A stretch of DNA of 63,926 nucleotides, filler included, from Phoronis australis (lineage: Eukaryota > Animalia > Phoronida): NCBI GenBank assembly GCA_002633005.1. It is 5 parts of 5 records of this genome, joined end to end, with 100 filler letters (N's around TTAATTAATTAA, not from the genome) between each part and the next. Parts side by side here need not be neighbours in the genome. Positions count along the whole stretch, not along the records: positions 37,771 to 41,118 come from NMRA01003076.1; positions 41,219 to 47,057 come from NMRA01001833.1; positions 47,158 to 63,926 come from NMRA01001406.1; 2 more parts are not named here. One strand, given 5' to 3'. The notes under the pieces were generated by a model. The model made no database searches, was not told the DNA's origin, and saw nothing but the letters and a program-made list of their open reading frames with translations. Position 1 is the stretch's first letter, and every line of letters starts with the position of its first letter. A program made the position numbers and the translations under genes. Positions 39,740 to 51,360 of this stretch are shown here, piece by piece.

Positions 39740-40178
39740 GTATGTTAATTTGTAATATCTTTGCCCTTGTCCTCGGTGATTCTCATTATTATTTATTGCA
39801 CTTCTGGCAAAATATAGTGTGTAATCTCACGCATAGTAGACAAAAATGATTGCTCCAGCTCACCTGTTTTCATTTTTCAGCAGCTTCTAACATTGTTGTG
39901 AGTGCCTGTAATATTTCAAAACAATGTCTGGTGTCAGTTATAGTGAACTAGAACTTCAAAAAATAGAAAGCATTTAATTTACTTTTCTACTAATTGTCTT
40001 TTATGAAAAAGAGATAATGAATATCACTTGGTCTATACTGGGTCCTAAACTGGTGATATTTCACTATAGTTAGATACTTGATGCTTCTAGTCATTTTTAA
40101 TTTGGTGCAGTTTGTGCCTTTTATGCTTGCAAGAACAATGTTAGTGTTATCACAGTCTTGTATTTTTATCTTAACCAG

Positions 40179-40248
40179 AGACGAAGTAGCCAGACCTACG
40201 ACTGCCTTGGAGTACACATATGGAAGGAGAGCAAAGGGTCACAACATT
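40179..40248 (+). CDS. DYNC2LI1: DYNC2LI1 exon
   Basis: [23 protein letters not shown] versus recalled [32 protein letters not shown]. Confidence 0.95.
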
Positions 40249-40259
40249 GTAAGTTTTTT

Positions 40260-40445
40260 ATTAACATACCCCCAGAAATCACACAGGCTCTCACTAAATC
40301 CCATGCATACACTCACTACTAAGACGGAGCTCAGAGGAGTTGGGAGTCACATTTGTGCAATGCTTGATTGTCAGCCAGTGAAGCCAGGATTCGAACCCAG
40401 GTCTCCCAAGTGGGAGTTCAGAGCTCAAATCAGTGAACTCTTACT
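40260..40445 (-). mobile_element. tRNA-derived SINE remnant
   Basis: B-box GGGTTCGAATCC on the minus strand with a degenerate A-box upstream; no full cloverleaf. Confidence 0.5.
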
Positions 40446-41118
40446 TCGCAGATGCTGAATAAAGGTTTAGATAAGTGATTGTGAGTGCATCACAGTCTAG
40501 AAAAAGGCATAAAATTATCTCGGTAACACGCAGTTAGTTATGTGTATATTCTGAGATTTTGCATTTTCGCTCTTAATTATTTTCAGAACTACTTGTGTGG
40601 AGCATATGACCAAATTTCTGACTTGAATCTTTAAGTCACTTTTCATGAAACAGGCCCCTGTCTCCTGATATACATTCTGAACATGTCAATGCATTAAGTA
40701 GCCATTGTCTTCAGGTATTGTTTTAAAACAACTAACAAAATTAACTAATGCAGTATAAAATTAGGTTTGTTTATTGCATGCTGATATTTTATATTACTCT
40801 GATGTTGCTTGTTTTGGAACTGCATCTGAAGATGATCAGAAAATATAGAAATGTTATTTGTTCCTAATGTGTTTTCGAGTCCTCTGAGTTTAAAACCTAA
40901 AATTTGTGACAAACTCCCGCCAATTCTAACCCAAGAATTTTTTTTCACACATGTGAATAACAATTTCTCTGCAGTCGCTTTGTAACAACACAAACCAAGG
41001 AAGTAAGTGAATTTCCAATGAAGTGCCCTGAAAAAATTGTTTGACCAGTTGCCATGGACTACGGTAAATGCATCACAATTCTGTTTTAAATAATCCAGTT
41101 TGATACGCAGTACGAGAT

Positions 41119-41218
41119 NNNNNNNNNNNNNNNNNNNNNNNNNNNNNNNNNNNNNNNNNNNNTTAATTAATTAANNNNNNNNNNNNNNNNNNNNNNNNNN
41201 NNNNNNNNNNNNNNNNNN
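41119..41218. other. Artificial contig linker
   Basis: N44-TTAATTAATTAA-N44. Confidence 0.95.
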
Positions 41219-41270
41219 CCTGCTCAATCTGAACGGAATTAAGAGACGAGTGGAAGAACTGGCACGTGAT

Positions 41271-41431
41271 ATAAGTGCACTTGGTATGAGAGATTATGTT
41301 GACCTACTTCCTGTGAACACTCAGCTGCCACTTGTATAGATGTAACTGCCCCTTGGAATAAGTGAACTTGGTATGAGAGATAATGTTGACCTACTTCCTG
41401 TGAACACTCAGCTGCCACGTGTACAGATGTA
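41271..41431. repeat. 74-bp direct duplication (period 87)
   Basis: ATAAGTG.ACTTGGTATGAGAGAT...GATGTA at 41271 and 41358. Confidence 0.9.
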
Positions 41432-41489
41432 CTAGCTTTATGTGAAGAGCTCTGTTATTATGGTTTTGAAAAAGAAGTAATGCCGGTTG

Positions 41490-41925
41490 TTAAAGATGCT
41501 GTTTCTCAACAAAACCGTTAATGTTTTTTGTTAATTTGAGATATCGTCACCTTATGACATCACAGGAGAACTGCGTTTACAAGTATAATCAGGAAGAGAA
41601 ACAATTTGTAAATGAAAGACGATGAGTTTAAAGAAAACACCACAACTGATGCATTTGCGAACATGAGTGAACATCTATAAAAAAATGTAGTAATTCCAAT
41701 TATTGCATAGTCGCTATCTGATAGTGAATTAAACAAATACTAAAAACAATGCCTAGTTTCATTGGGGTGCTCATGAAATATTACCATTCACCTAACAAGA
41801 CTTTCTCTTAATAAAAATGGTCACCGGTTCTTGGATGGTTTCCGATACACCGAAAGAGCGATGGTTGTTTGTGAATTAGAAAGTCATTAGCATATTTACA
41901 ATTTATTGAGACTACTCATACTTAA
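41490..41925 (+). mobile_element. TTAA-flanked (Kolobok-type) MITE, copy 1
   Basis: Starts TTAA|AGATGCT; colinear similarity with 54192-54633 (ACAAGTATAATCAGGAA, ACAACTGAT, GTAATTCCAA, GTTTCATT). Confidence 0.55.
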
Positions 41926-44900
41926 GCTTTCTTTGAAATGCATATAAACAAAATTTGTGTAGGTATATGTGTGTATGCGTGGATGCGTCTAGTATATTGT
42001 ACAGCTGAGATATTCCGGTTATAAATGCTAATTTTGCGTTAGGCAACAGTTGAATTAATAAATCCATTTTGCTAAACGTGTTTTTCAACTTTTCAGGTGT
42101 ATAAACCCCCCAAACACTGGCATCAGCCCCAGGTTGACCTAACGTTCATTGTGTTGCTCTGATCAATGGACAACGACCATACAGTAGACGATCAACGTCA
42201 CACGTGACATCACGCAGCCCCTTGAAATCCCGATCGAATACAGAATGTTCAAGTCAGTGACATTGGACTCCACATGAATCTGAGTCTAAAAACCTGTTCG
42301 TGTCTAGCTGAAATGTTTTGAAGCTGAACAGGATGCAGTCCCTTCAACCTTCGACTGATGTTTACAGCGCGGTGATAATCGATTAGTACCGTTTTTCATT
42401 CAGTTGCACATGTATTTTAGTTGAAACGCATAGTAGGATCTCGATTTACTGTTTTAAATGAAGACTTCCCAAATCCACTTTGCCACCGTTGAAAAGGGTC
42501 CAAGGAGTTGAATCCTTCCACAATAGTCATTGAGTTGAACTCCTCCACAATATTCACGAAAGGCTTCAGAGAGTTGAACCTTTCCGCAAAGGCACCGTTT
42601 ATGATTAAATCCATGAAAGGCTTAAAGGGTTTGATTCCTTCCACAATGACTAAGTTCATTAATATCACAATTTGTTGATCATCGCAGGTCTATAACATTT
42701 CGCAGCTTCCAAATCAACCTGACATTGCTATTTCTCATGAATATCCCGTTATCGTGCGGGATTTCTACGTTATTACTGACGTTATTAATCTCCATTTTCA
42801 GGGGACTTGAGTAGTTCTAAATATATGTTCTAAAACTAAATGTTTTCCGTTCTACGAATTTCCAGCTCAAGATGAATGAACTACAGTTTTATATCTGAAA
42901 GGGATAAACATTTGCGCCATCATTATTCATAAAATATATTTGAATGGCTTAAATGTTGTAGCAAAATATGGGTAAATTGTGCAGACCAGCCCATGGACTA
43001 CCCTAACCCCAGCTGCGCCCTCTATTGTAAGACGTTTAACAAATAGTAGTTGAATGTAAACTTAAAAACAATAACGATCAGGATTTTATGCTCGCAATAA
43101 TTCAAGCAGAGACCACGGAAAGTGGCATTTGAGGGTATTGCAGGTATTTTGACCTCAGTTCTGTTAAAACGATCTAATCTAGACCGTCAACGTGCACTCT
43201 ACTTAGTGGAAGCAGAGCTTGGGACATAGGGTGAACATATATTATATTTTACTTCTTAAATATTTTTGTTTTACCGTCTGTTACCTGTTAGCCCTTTTTC
43301 GTTTTTGCTCAGCTGTGCAGGGTTGCTGTATCACTCCGCGCACTCATATTTCCACAACCATTTTGATGATCAATAATTGTAATGTTTGACCCACTTAGTA
43401 CCTCTTACAGTCTTATTTTTAACATATTTGTTGAACAGCATACCAACTATTGTAAATGTATTAATAATGATAATGATTGATCATTATTTGTTAATCTGTA
43501 CTTTTACTCAGTCGTAATAAATGATTTATTTTGCCTACTTCCAGTCCCAGGTTCATTAATAAAATGGATACAACATAAACTACCGGCTTTAACAACTTCA
43601 CGTCAGGCAGATGTTCCTGCGTATACCCAAAACAAACCCAACACTCACTCCGAAGGGTATCGATTATGTGGTGGGTTGCATCTATGTAATAATGTTAGGT
43701 GACTTGTTAACAGTACGGCTAAACGCAGCGAAGCTGACGAACTGCCACATTGATCAAACCTACAGGCTGTAAGCTGTCGGCGGGCGGTAAACAATACAGC
43801 ACATCACATTTTAAAACGAGTTCCAGATTTGTCATTAGCATAACAAAACAGCATTGGTTTGTTTTCAAACGTTTAAAGTTCAGTCACAATTACATGTATT
43901 TGTTTTCTTGTAACAAGTTCAGCGTGACCTCAGGTCTCTAATCACGTAGTTTATTCATGTTTTGATCTTCTTCAGCAGATATGGAAGGCATAATTTGTTG
44001 TTTATCTACCAAAACAGACTAAAAACGAAAAAAAAATTGTGAAGGGAAACTTGATGACATTTATTTATGACATTTTACCCATAATCATCTACACATGACA
44101 ACTATTTTGTTGATGACGCAATGAATAATTGGATGGAGAGCCTGACACAAGTGAAACGTAGGGAGAGTTTGTTCAAGTTAGAATGTGTATTCAAATAACT
44201 GATACATAAGTTATACTCAGATTTACGTCTTCACTTAAGATTATGTAGGACCTAACTGAAGAAAGTTATTTGAAAGTCAATTACAAGAATATTTACGTCG
44301 CGTCAACCAGTAAATACGTATAATTTCTGAAAAAAGAACGATCAAGGATTATAAAAAATATTTGATACTTACGAGTCATTGTTATCACAACATGGACACT
44401 CGTTTTACATGTAAGTCAACTTTTCATGTTTAATGAAGGTACATTCACATCAAAAATACCATCGATTTTAATGAAACATTTAACTAAAAACTTACAGATG
44501 CCTCTCTCAAACGTTGTTATTAATTCGGTTAGTTATATAGTTAAGTTTCAATCCCCAAATTAACTTTTACAATGTAACGCCAGTTTACTAGGCGGTTTTT
44601 TAAAAACAGTGGAGGTGTTTGTCTATCTAACATTCCAGTAAACTTATGAAAATAAAAATACAAACGGAGTATTTGAGTTTGACTGCAAAGTTATAATAAA
44701 AAACAGCGAACGGTTTTCGATAACTCGTGCTCCTGAGTTCATATGAAGATGATGTGCCCAAAATAGTGATAAAAACAAATTGCGACGTTTCTATTAGCCT
44801 TGAATAACCAAAATAGAAGGCGATAACGTGTACATGTGCTGAAAAACAAAAATTATTTTTACTGCACGATATCAAAATGTTCAAACCTAACACTACTTCT

Positions 44901-45234
44901 AACAATCAATTTCACGATGATGGCACTTTCTTAAACTTTGTCTGTGCAATAACTGCTTAAAACGTTCCCCAAGATATACACATAGTCGTAACAGCGGTAC
45001 GATATTAGCGCACTGGCTTAAACAGTACACACCATGGATTTTTGCACATTTTGAATTACCGGTGGCCACAGACTAAATGTATGACGTAAAATTTAGCTAG
45101 ACCCATGTTTATTTTATGTAATTAGCTCGAAATTTTGATTTTTCATTCAATTTTGCCAATTTTCAAATTTGCCGCCTTGTGACGTCATGGGTTGAACACA
45201 AGAGATCAGTGACTAGCATTGAACAATAGGGGAG

Positions 45235-45491
45235 AGCAGGGAATTTGAAAGCGACGAATATTATGAGCAAGAATTGAACAAATACTATGAAGAAACGTAC
45301 GGCAATGGTGGCCAGGATGAGGAATTGGGGTTGCACGAAAGCGAGAACAAGTTTAATGTGCTTCCGGCTGCGTACTTTTCTACTTTGAGCCTTACGAACT
45401 AGATCCTCCCGCGAGAGAAGCGGCCTCGGGCTCAGCGAGTCAACCCAGTCATCACAGACGATCCTGAATTAAGAGCTGATGTTTCTGAATG
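45235..45491 (+). pseudogene. KolX (P2X7 C-terminal-like) first-exon remnant
   Basis: Acidic tract, FEPYELDPPA...ELRADVSE; similar to EPFSLDPLA...ELRQNVSDW at 49062-49190; frameshifted. Confidence 0.55.
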
Positions 45492-45505
45492 ATAAATAAT
45501 GTTCT

Positions 45506-45745
45506 TTATTGAACCTGGCCTTTATCGTAACGTCTCCTGTAACTGGAGTCGAAACACGAGTCCTCAAAGTGGGCAGAACACAGAGTGGCCCCGGACCGAA
45601 TCGCTTGGTCCACGATGACGTCCCACACTCTCGTTCGGCGCACGAAGCGATGCCACTTCTGCGCAACTTTGGTGTCCTCCGGAACACCGAGACGTTCTCC
45701 GCCTGGCTGCTGTTGCTGCAGCCTCCGGAAACGCATCTTTTGATC
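45506..45745 (-). pseudogene. THAP zinc-finger remnant of Kolobok transposase
   Basis: RCVSGGCSN...(frameshift)PEDTKVAQKWHRFVRRTR...LCSAHFEDSCF (C2CH THAP). Confidence 0.85.
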
Positions 45746-47057
45746 CCTCTACGAACCTTCTCGACGCTAAATGTACTTTGCTTTCTCTTCACTCTATACA
45801 CTTTGTCTCTGATCCGAACAGTATGGCGAACGACTTGGGTTCAATTTTTGCGCGTTTCTTTATGAGCTGTGCACTAAAGACACTGAAATCAAGTAAGATA
45901 TAATAATGAAATTTATTTTGAGGTACTAGAGTCATGTTGTGTACACTTTAAAATGCCATTTTCACGTGCTGATGAAACTGACATCATGAAACCAACCACA
46001 ACATGAAAACTAGAAATACTGCGCGCGAGACGGATACAGCGAAACGTCAAACTGCTGATGTAACTCGCGGATTTTGTGGAGATATACTTTTTTCACAGCT
46101 TGCTGTATTCGCCAACACTAACTCAAAGAAGGTCACAGCGACTCTATTTTGGTGCATGCATTCTCAACGGCCGTATGCACGCAAATACACAATTCTTTCA
46201 GGGTCAAAATTACGATTTCCTTCTTTTTCCATGGCATCTATGGACACATCTTTGATGAAATATTGTGGCGACTCTCTGAATGAAAGGACATTTTTAACTT
46301 CAAGCGGGTTGGGAACTCGTGTTTTTATGTCATACATGTTTTCAGGCAAGATGTCAATTTTCAAACGAAGATGTAGAACTTATTTTGTTATAAAAAACTG
46401 TTCTTACTGATGTATGAGATCTGACTGATAAAGAAGATATTCCAGGTGCCAGGAAGAACAACAAAGTTTGCACATTTAACGTAATTTCAGTGTTTTCAAA
46501 TGTAATTTTAAGGGGAATTTCAAGCCGTCAACAATCCAAGTATTGTATTTTGGCTTCACCTAAAATAACATCATTTCCGCCCCCGAATACTTCATATCTG
46601 TGGTACAGAAATGCTTTAAATGTGACAAGTTTACTCTACAATAACACCGTTTCCCAAAGGTTCAGCTTCACATGTATTCACCTATTTCACGAACGCGGGG
46701 CGCTGCTGCCGTGTTGATTGAAAACGAGACGCCTTGACAAACATGGCTTCGTCCTGCAAGGTGGTTTGGTCAAAAGACTTATCAACGTTACCAAAAATCA
46801 AGTTGTCTGATATTGAATCGATCTCCAAAAAACATATCAATACGCACGGCAACTAGACTTTTACCCTCCTCAGCCATTCCTTCGTAGTTTTTCCTCTTTT
46901 GGAAAGTGTGGAAGTCAGGGATATACCCAGGCTTTTAGTCTTGAAAAACCCTGCTGGGCGAATGCGGGAGCCAGAAAATCGACTCGCCCAGCCCGAACTT
47001 CAGTCACCCGGCCGTTGGAGCCAGTCACCACAAACTTGCTGCTAGGTTATATAAAAA

Positions 47058-47157
47058 NNNNNNNNNNNNNNNNNNNNNNNNNNNNNNNNNNNNNNNNNNN
47101 NTTAATTAATTAANNNNNNNNNNNNNNNNNNNNNNNNNNNNNNNNNNNNNNNNNNNN
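47058..47157. other. Artificial contig linker
   Basis: N44-TTAATTAATTAA-N44. Confidence 0.95.
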
Positions 47158-47490
47158 GCGCATGCTGGAATTACAACACGGACAGTTCGTCCTAGGTGAC
47201 CATGCACCCATCTTTGGAACTGTCTGTAGGCTACGTGTCGCATCCTTTTATCAAAGGGTCCGTCATAGCCATCTGGATATTGGCTTTTATACAGCAGCCA
47301 TGCAGTCTCCAACACATCACGATTGATGCACACAGGTTGAAAACTTCCATGGTCCACGATACATTTTTTTCTTCCGTTTAAGTTGTCCCTCTTCATTTCT
47401 TCCTCAAGTTTAGCAATAACCTTGTTGACCTCTCGACAACATACTCTTTCTTCAATGACTGCAGTAGTCTGACAGTTGTCACACGTGCAC
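47158..47490 (-). CDS. KolX / P2X7 C-terminal-like Cys-rich protein, exon 2 (3' partial)
   Basis: (W)CTCDNC...ERVCCRE...CIVDHGSFQPVCINRDVL...RHVAYRQFQRWVHGHLGRTVRVVIPAC; TTGCAG acceptor. Confidence 0.9.
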
Positions 47491-47549
47491 CTGCAAGATG
47501 TGACAATATGTATACATTACTTTAGTAAACATCAAAATGTCAAATTGAA

Positions 47550-47776
47550 AAAATTACTGATTTACCAAGAGTGTCTCGGCCACATTAATTGAGGGTTTGC
47601 AATGACCTCAGTTTTCGAGAAGACTGATTGTTGAGCAGCGACCTGTTTAAAACAGAACAAAAAAAATTACTGATTTACCAAGAGTGTTTCGGCCAAATTA
47701 ATTGAGGGTTTGCAATGACCTCAGTTTTCGAGAAGATTGATTGTTGAGCAGCGACCTGTTTAAAACAGAACAAAAA
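47550..47776. repeat. 113-bp tandem duplication in the KolX intron
   Basis: Two near-identical units AAAAATTACTGATTTACCAAGAGTGT...AAAACAGAACAAAAA. Confidence 0.9.
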
Positions 47777-47981
47777 TGAAATTAAATTCCAAAAAACAAG
47801 CTTTGGAACATCACATAAATAGTAAAGATATTTACTTTTCATACAAATGAATACTGCTACACCCAGGGCAGTGGCAGATCATGCCTGGGGGATATATATA
47901 GGAATGGACATACTTAATTAGTTTGATTTGCTGACACCTGATTCATTGATGGAGGGGTCTGTTTTGTTAATAATCGTGAAT

Positions 47982-48260
47982 CATAACGTAAAATTGCCGT
48001 GAGGACTTGACAGGGACCTCAGGGGTTTCACGCTCCACTGATTTATCCACATTATTTTGAAAACGCTTTGCCCAGTCGCACATTGTGTGTCATAAAAGAG
48101 ATAAGCATACCAGCAGCTGACGCAGCAAGTAGACCTACTCTCGTTTATCACATTGGTGTAGACTCACAGTTGAACTATGGTTTTCTGTAGACCCCAGACC
48201 GTCCCGAGTTGCACCACATACCAACTCGGGACGGTCTCTCACGACGATTAAGCGTTATGA
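47982..48260 (+). repeat. ~280-bp structured segment, inverted homologue of 50840-51120
   Basis: Colinear similarity to the reverse complement of 50840-51120; perfect 16-bp stem at 48196-48237. Confidence 0.85.
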
Positions 48261-49061
48261 TTACAGTAAACATTTTTAAAAACATCTCCATATCCGATGC
48301 CTTCTATACTCTTTAGAAACTTTACCAGACGGTTCCTTCCCACTCGAACCCAAGCCATCATGTCGTGAACACATCCACTAAAACAAGAAACTGTAGGAAC
48401 ACCGCATTTATCCACCTTCACTCTTATCAGGCTTCTATTGTGAGTCAGCATGCGTGAATAATTGGCTGATAAGCCACCTCTGGAACTACTTTGGGCTGAA
48501 TGGATGACCAGGCCATAAAATGATAATTAGCCAAGACCAGTTACTATAATGCAACAAAGAACAANNNNNNNNNNNNNNNNNNNNNNNNNNNNNNNNNNNN
48601 NNNNNNNNNNNNNNNNNNNNNNNNNNNNNNNNNNNNNNNNNNNNNNNNNNNNNNNNNNNNNNNNNNNNNNNNNNNNNNNNNNNNNNNNNNNNNNNNNNNN
48701 NNNNNNNNNNNNNNNNNNNNNNNNNNNNNNNNNNNNNNNNNNNNNNNNNNNNNNNNNNNNNNNNNNNNNNNNNNNNNNNNNNNNNNNNNNNGAACCCGAG
48801 TCTCACAAACAAGAGTCCGGGGCCCAAACCAATGCGCCACTGTCTACAAATAATGAAAGACCACACATTGTTGAGTGATTTGCGTAAGTGCAACGAGTCC
48901 CATTTTTTATCACTGAAACTGGTACTTATCCACGGCTGAAAAATGATTCATCAGTGGGGACGAGAGCGCCTGGGAGTGACCGGTAAAGCTACTGAACTTA
49001 AAATTAAAAAAGACCAAGTAGTAATTCGCGGTAGTATGATGCATATTTATAATATTCTTAC

Positions 49062-49336
49062 CAGTCACTAACATTCTGTCGCAACTCCTGCGCACCTTCT
49101 GCCCGTTGATATTCACTGCACGAACCGGCTGGGGCTGGATCGTCGACAACCGGAGCAAGGGGATCGAGGGAAAACGGTTCTACTAGAGAGAAGGTGTGAG
49201 CACAAATTGTTTCTATGGGGTCTGTCGCCTCCTCCTCCACATCCGAAACGTCAGAATCGTCTGAAAACTCCACCTGACCCTCCCTGTATCTTTCAAAATA
49301 TTCTTCATCTACGCTGCTGTACTCACTGGGATCCAT
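49062..49336 (-). CDS. KolX / P2X7-C-like protein, exon 1
   Basis: MDPSEYSSVDEEY...EPFSLDP...RQNVSDW; TG|GTAAG donor joins exon 2 in phase 2; putative Kolobok end TTAA|AGTGACC at 49663. Confidence 0.8.
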
Positions 49337-50577
49337 ATTGTGTTCTTTGTGTTCCCCAAACCACGTCACAGATGTGTAACGAAGGAAAATGGCGCCGTTT
49401 CTATTTTCCGTTACAACAATGGCGTTACAACGCCACGGCAACAAATATGTAAATAACTTTTTATAGCGACGTACAATTCAGTTAATGTTAAGCATATAGC
49501 AAGAATAATTCTGAACACGAATTTATTGCATATTGTTGTTCAGATTGGTTGAGACCTTGCAATTTACACTTTAATTCTCAGATTATGCTTCAAGTAAGAT
49601 TCTATGAAATGTCCGATATTTAGGTTCCGTCCGATAATTAGGTACCCTATGTGTAAGGTCACTTTAAATTTTGTGGTCATTTCTCATTCACAAGGCATTA
49701 CTTTTAAGGTTAATCACACTATCAAGTTTATTTCGTACATTACATTTTCTAAATATGTTACGAAAGGGAGGTACTCACCTAACTTCGAGGGGCATCAAAT
49801 ATGTCGTCTGCAATTCTGCTACATTTGCGCCAACATGTGGTTACGACCCCTATCGGTCGAGCAATAAAACGCTGTAGTAGCCACCTGGCGCCAACCTTGT
49901 TAAGCTAGAAAACTGAGGAAGTGGCCGTCTTACTCGGTGGGTCGTTTTACCCCACTCTCCTAGTGCATGGGCAAAGAAACACGGAAAAAGTGGGGCTATA
50001 TCCCCGCATCTCCCTCTGGTGCTCTGTCCCTGCAGTGGGTTTGTAGTAGCATAGGCCAAAGTGAAAAATCATGCGTGTAAGAGAGATACCTCTCTCTACA
50101 GAGCTTCCTGTTGGAGATCATTGTTACGAACTACTCCCCGGGACTGCTGACTGCTGTGGTGGCAAATGCACCGATTTTACGAAAAAACGAAACAGTTCTG
50201 AGCCAAATTTACTAATTATGGGGAACTGTTAGCTTTAAAGTCAACAAAAGCGAATTTCGGGCAATATTGTCTCACTTTAATACTTGCAAAGGCTTACAAT
50301 TAGACTTTAATTACAGCGTTTGAAGTCCATTGCCATGTAGTTGCCGTACCTCAAACGAAATAACCCCTCTATTTTTGAAAGTGTGTATGTAAATATCATT
50401 ATTGCCAACAAAGCTCTATTTGTATGGCTTTGAATAACCTCTTGCGTGAATACGTGACGTCACAATCATGCCCGTTATGACACATGAATCTTATTATTGT
50501 TCATTTTAATAATCATGTTAATTTCCATTCCATCAAAGGCCAGCAGGCCACTCTACAAATGTTATGTTCGTTATTAA

Positions 50578-50826
50578 TGTTGTATTACTGCACAGTTTCA
50601 CTAGTTATGCCTCACGGAGACTAGGCCTATACTTACAATGTACGGCAAATAGATCTGTACGGCTGAAAGCCTACACAACCAGCTCCCACCAAGGTCCAGA
50701 TTTGACAAGCAAAATTCCCGGCGGGTTTGACGATGTTTTTATCATGGTGGTGACATCCGAGAAACTATCACATGGACGAATCACAGGACAGCACCGAACA
50801 AGGAAGGACAAATGATGATTACAACA
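50578..50826 (-). mobile_element. 3' LTR of a Gypsy-like element
   Basis: Termini TGTTGTA...TACAACA; immediately preceded on the minus strand by polypurine tract GAAGGGGGGAA (50827-50837). Confidence 0.7.
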
Positions 50827-51360
50827 TTCCCCCCTTCGCTCATAACGCTACCGTAGACGAAGAGACCGTCCAGAGGTTGGTATATGGTGCAACTCCGGAC
50901 GGTCTGGGGTCAACAGAAAAACAGTTCAACTGCGAGTCTACGCCAATGCGATAAACGAGAGTAGTTCTACTTGCTGCCGCGTCAGCTGTAGGTATGCTTA
51001 TCTGTTTTATGACACCTAATGTGTGACTGGGCAAAGCGTTTTCAAAATAATGTGGATAAATCAGTAGAGTGTGAGACCCCTGAGGTCCCTGTCAAGTCCT
51101 CACGACAATTCTACGTTATGTAAAAGAAGTGAATCAACATCATTCACAAAATATTTATTGTCCCCCAACCAAAAAAGACACAAACTGTTAGCATATATGT
51201 AAGGAGAATGTGATAGTTCCCATTGGAAGATGGAGATAAAACAACTGTTAAATAAGATAAAACCAATAAAAAGAGTTTGGAGTGTCAGCACACTCCAAAT
51301 GGTGGGAGTAGTAAAATAGTCGACACAGTTTTTCCAAAGTAATAAAACAACACGTAACAA

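Larger units (their letters stand above)
45022..45947. mobile_element. Internally deleted Kolobok transposon
   Basis: TTAA on both sides; imperfect TIR ACAGTACACACCATG / AGTGTACACAACATG; contains convergent KolX-like 5' part and THAP remnant. Confidence 0.75.

Noticed and set aside
40370-40445. tRNA gene
   Set aside because: Only the B-box/T-arm is good; no acceptor stem, so better explained as a SINE head
41220-41339. C-terminal coding fragment LLNLNGIKRRVEELARDISALGMRDYVDLLPVNTQLPLV*
   Set aside because: Only 39 codons at a contig edge with no recognisable motif
47158-47490. True P2X7 purinoceptor gene
   Set aside because: Only the cytoplasmic Cys-rich domain is present, with no channel exons; context fits Kolobok KolX
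45022-49667. One large Kolobok joining the THAP remnant and the intact KolX gene
   Set aside because: Separated by an artificial linker; the first element has its own two ends
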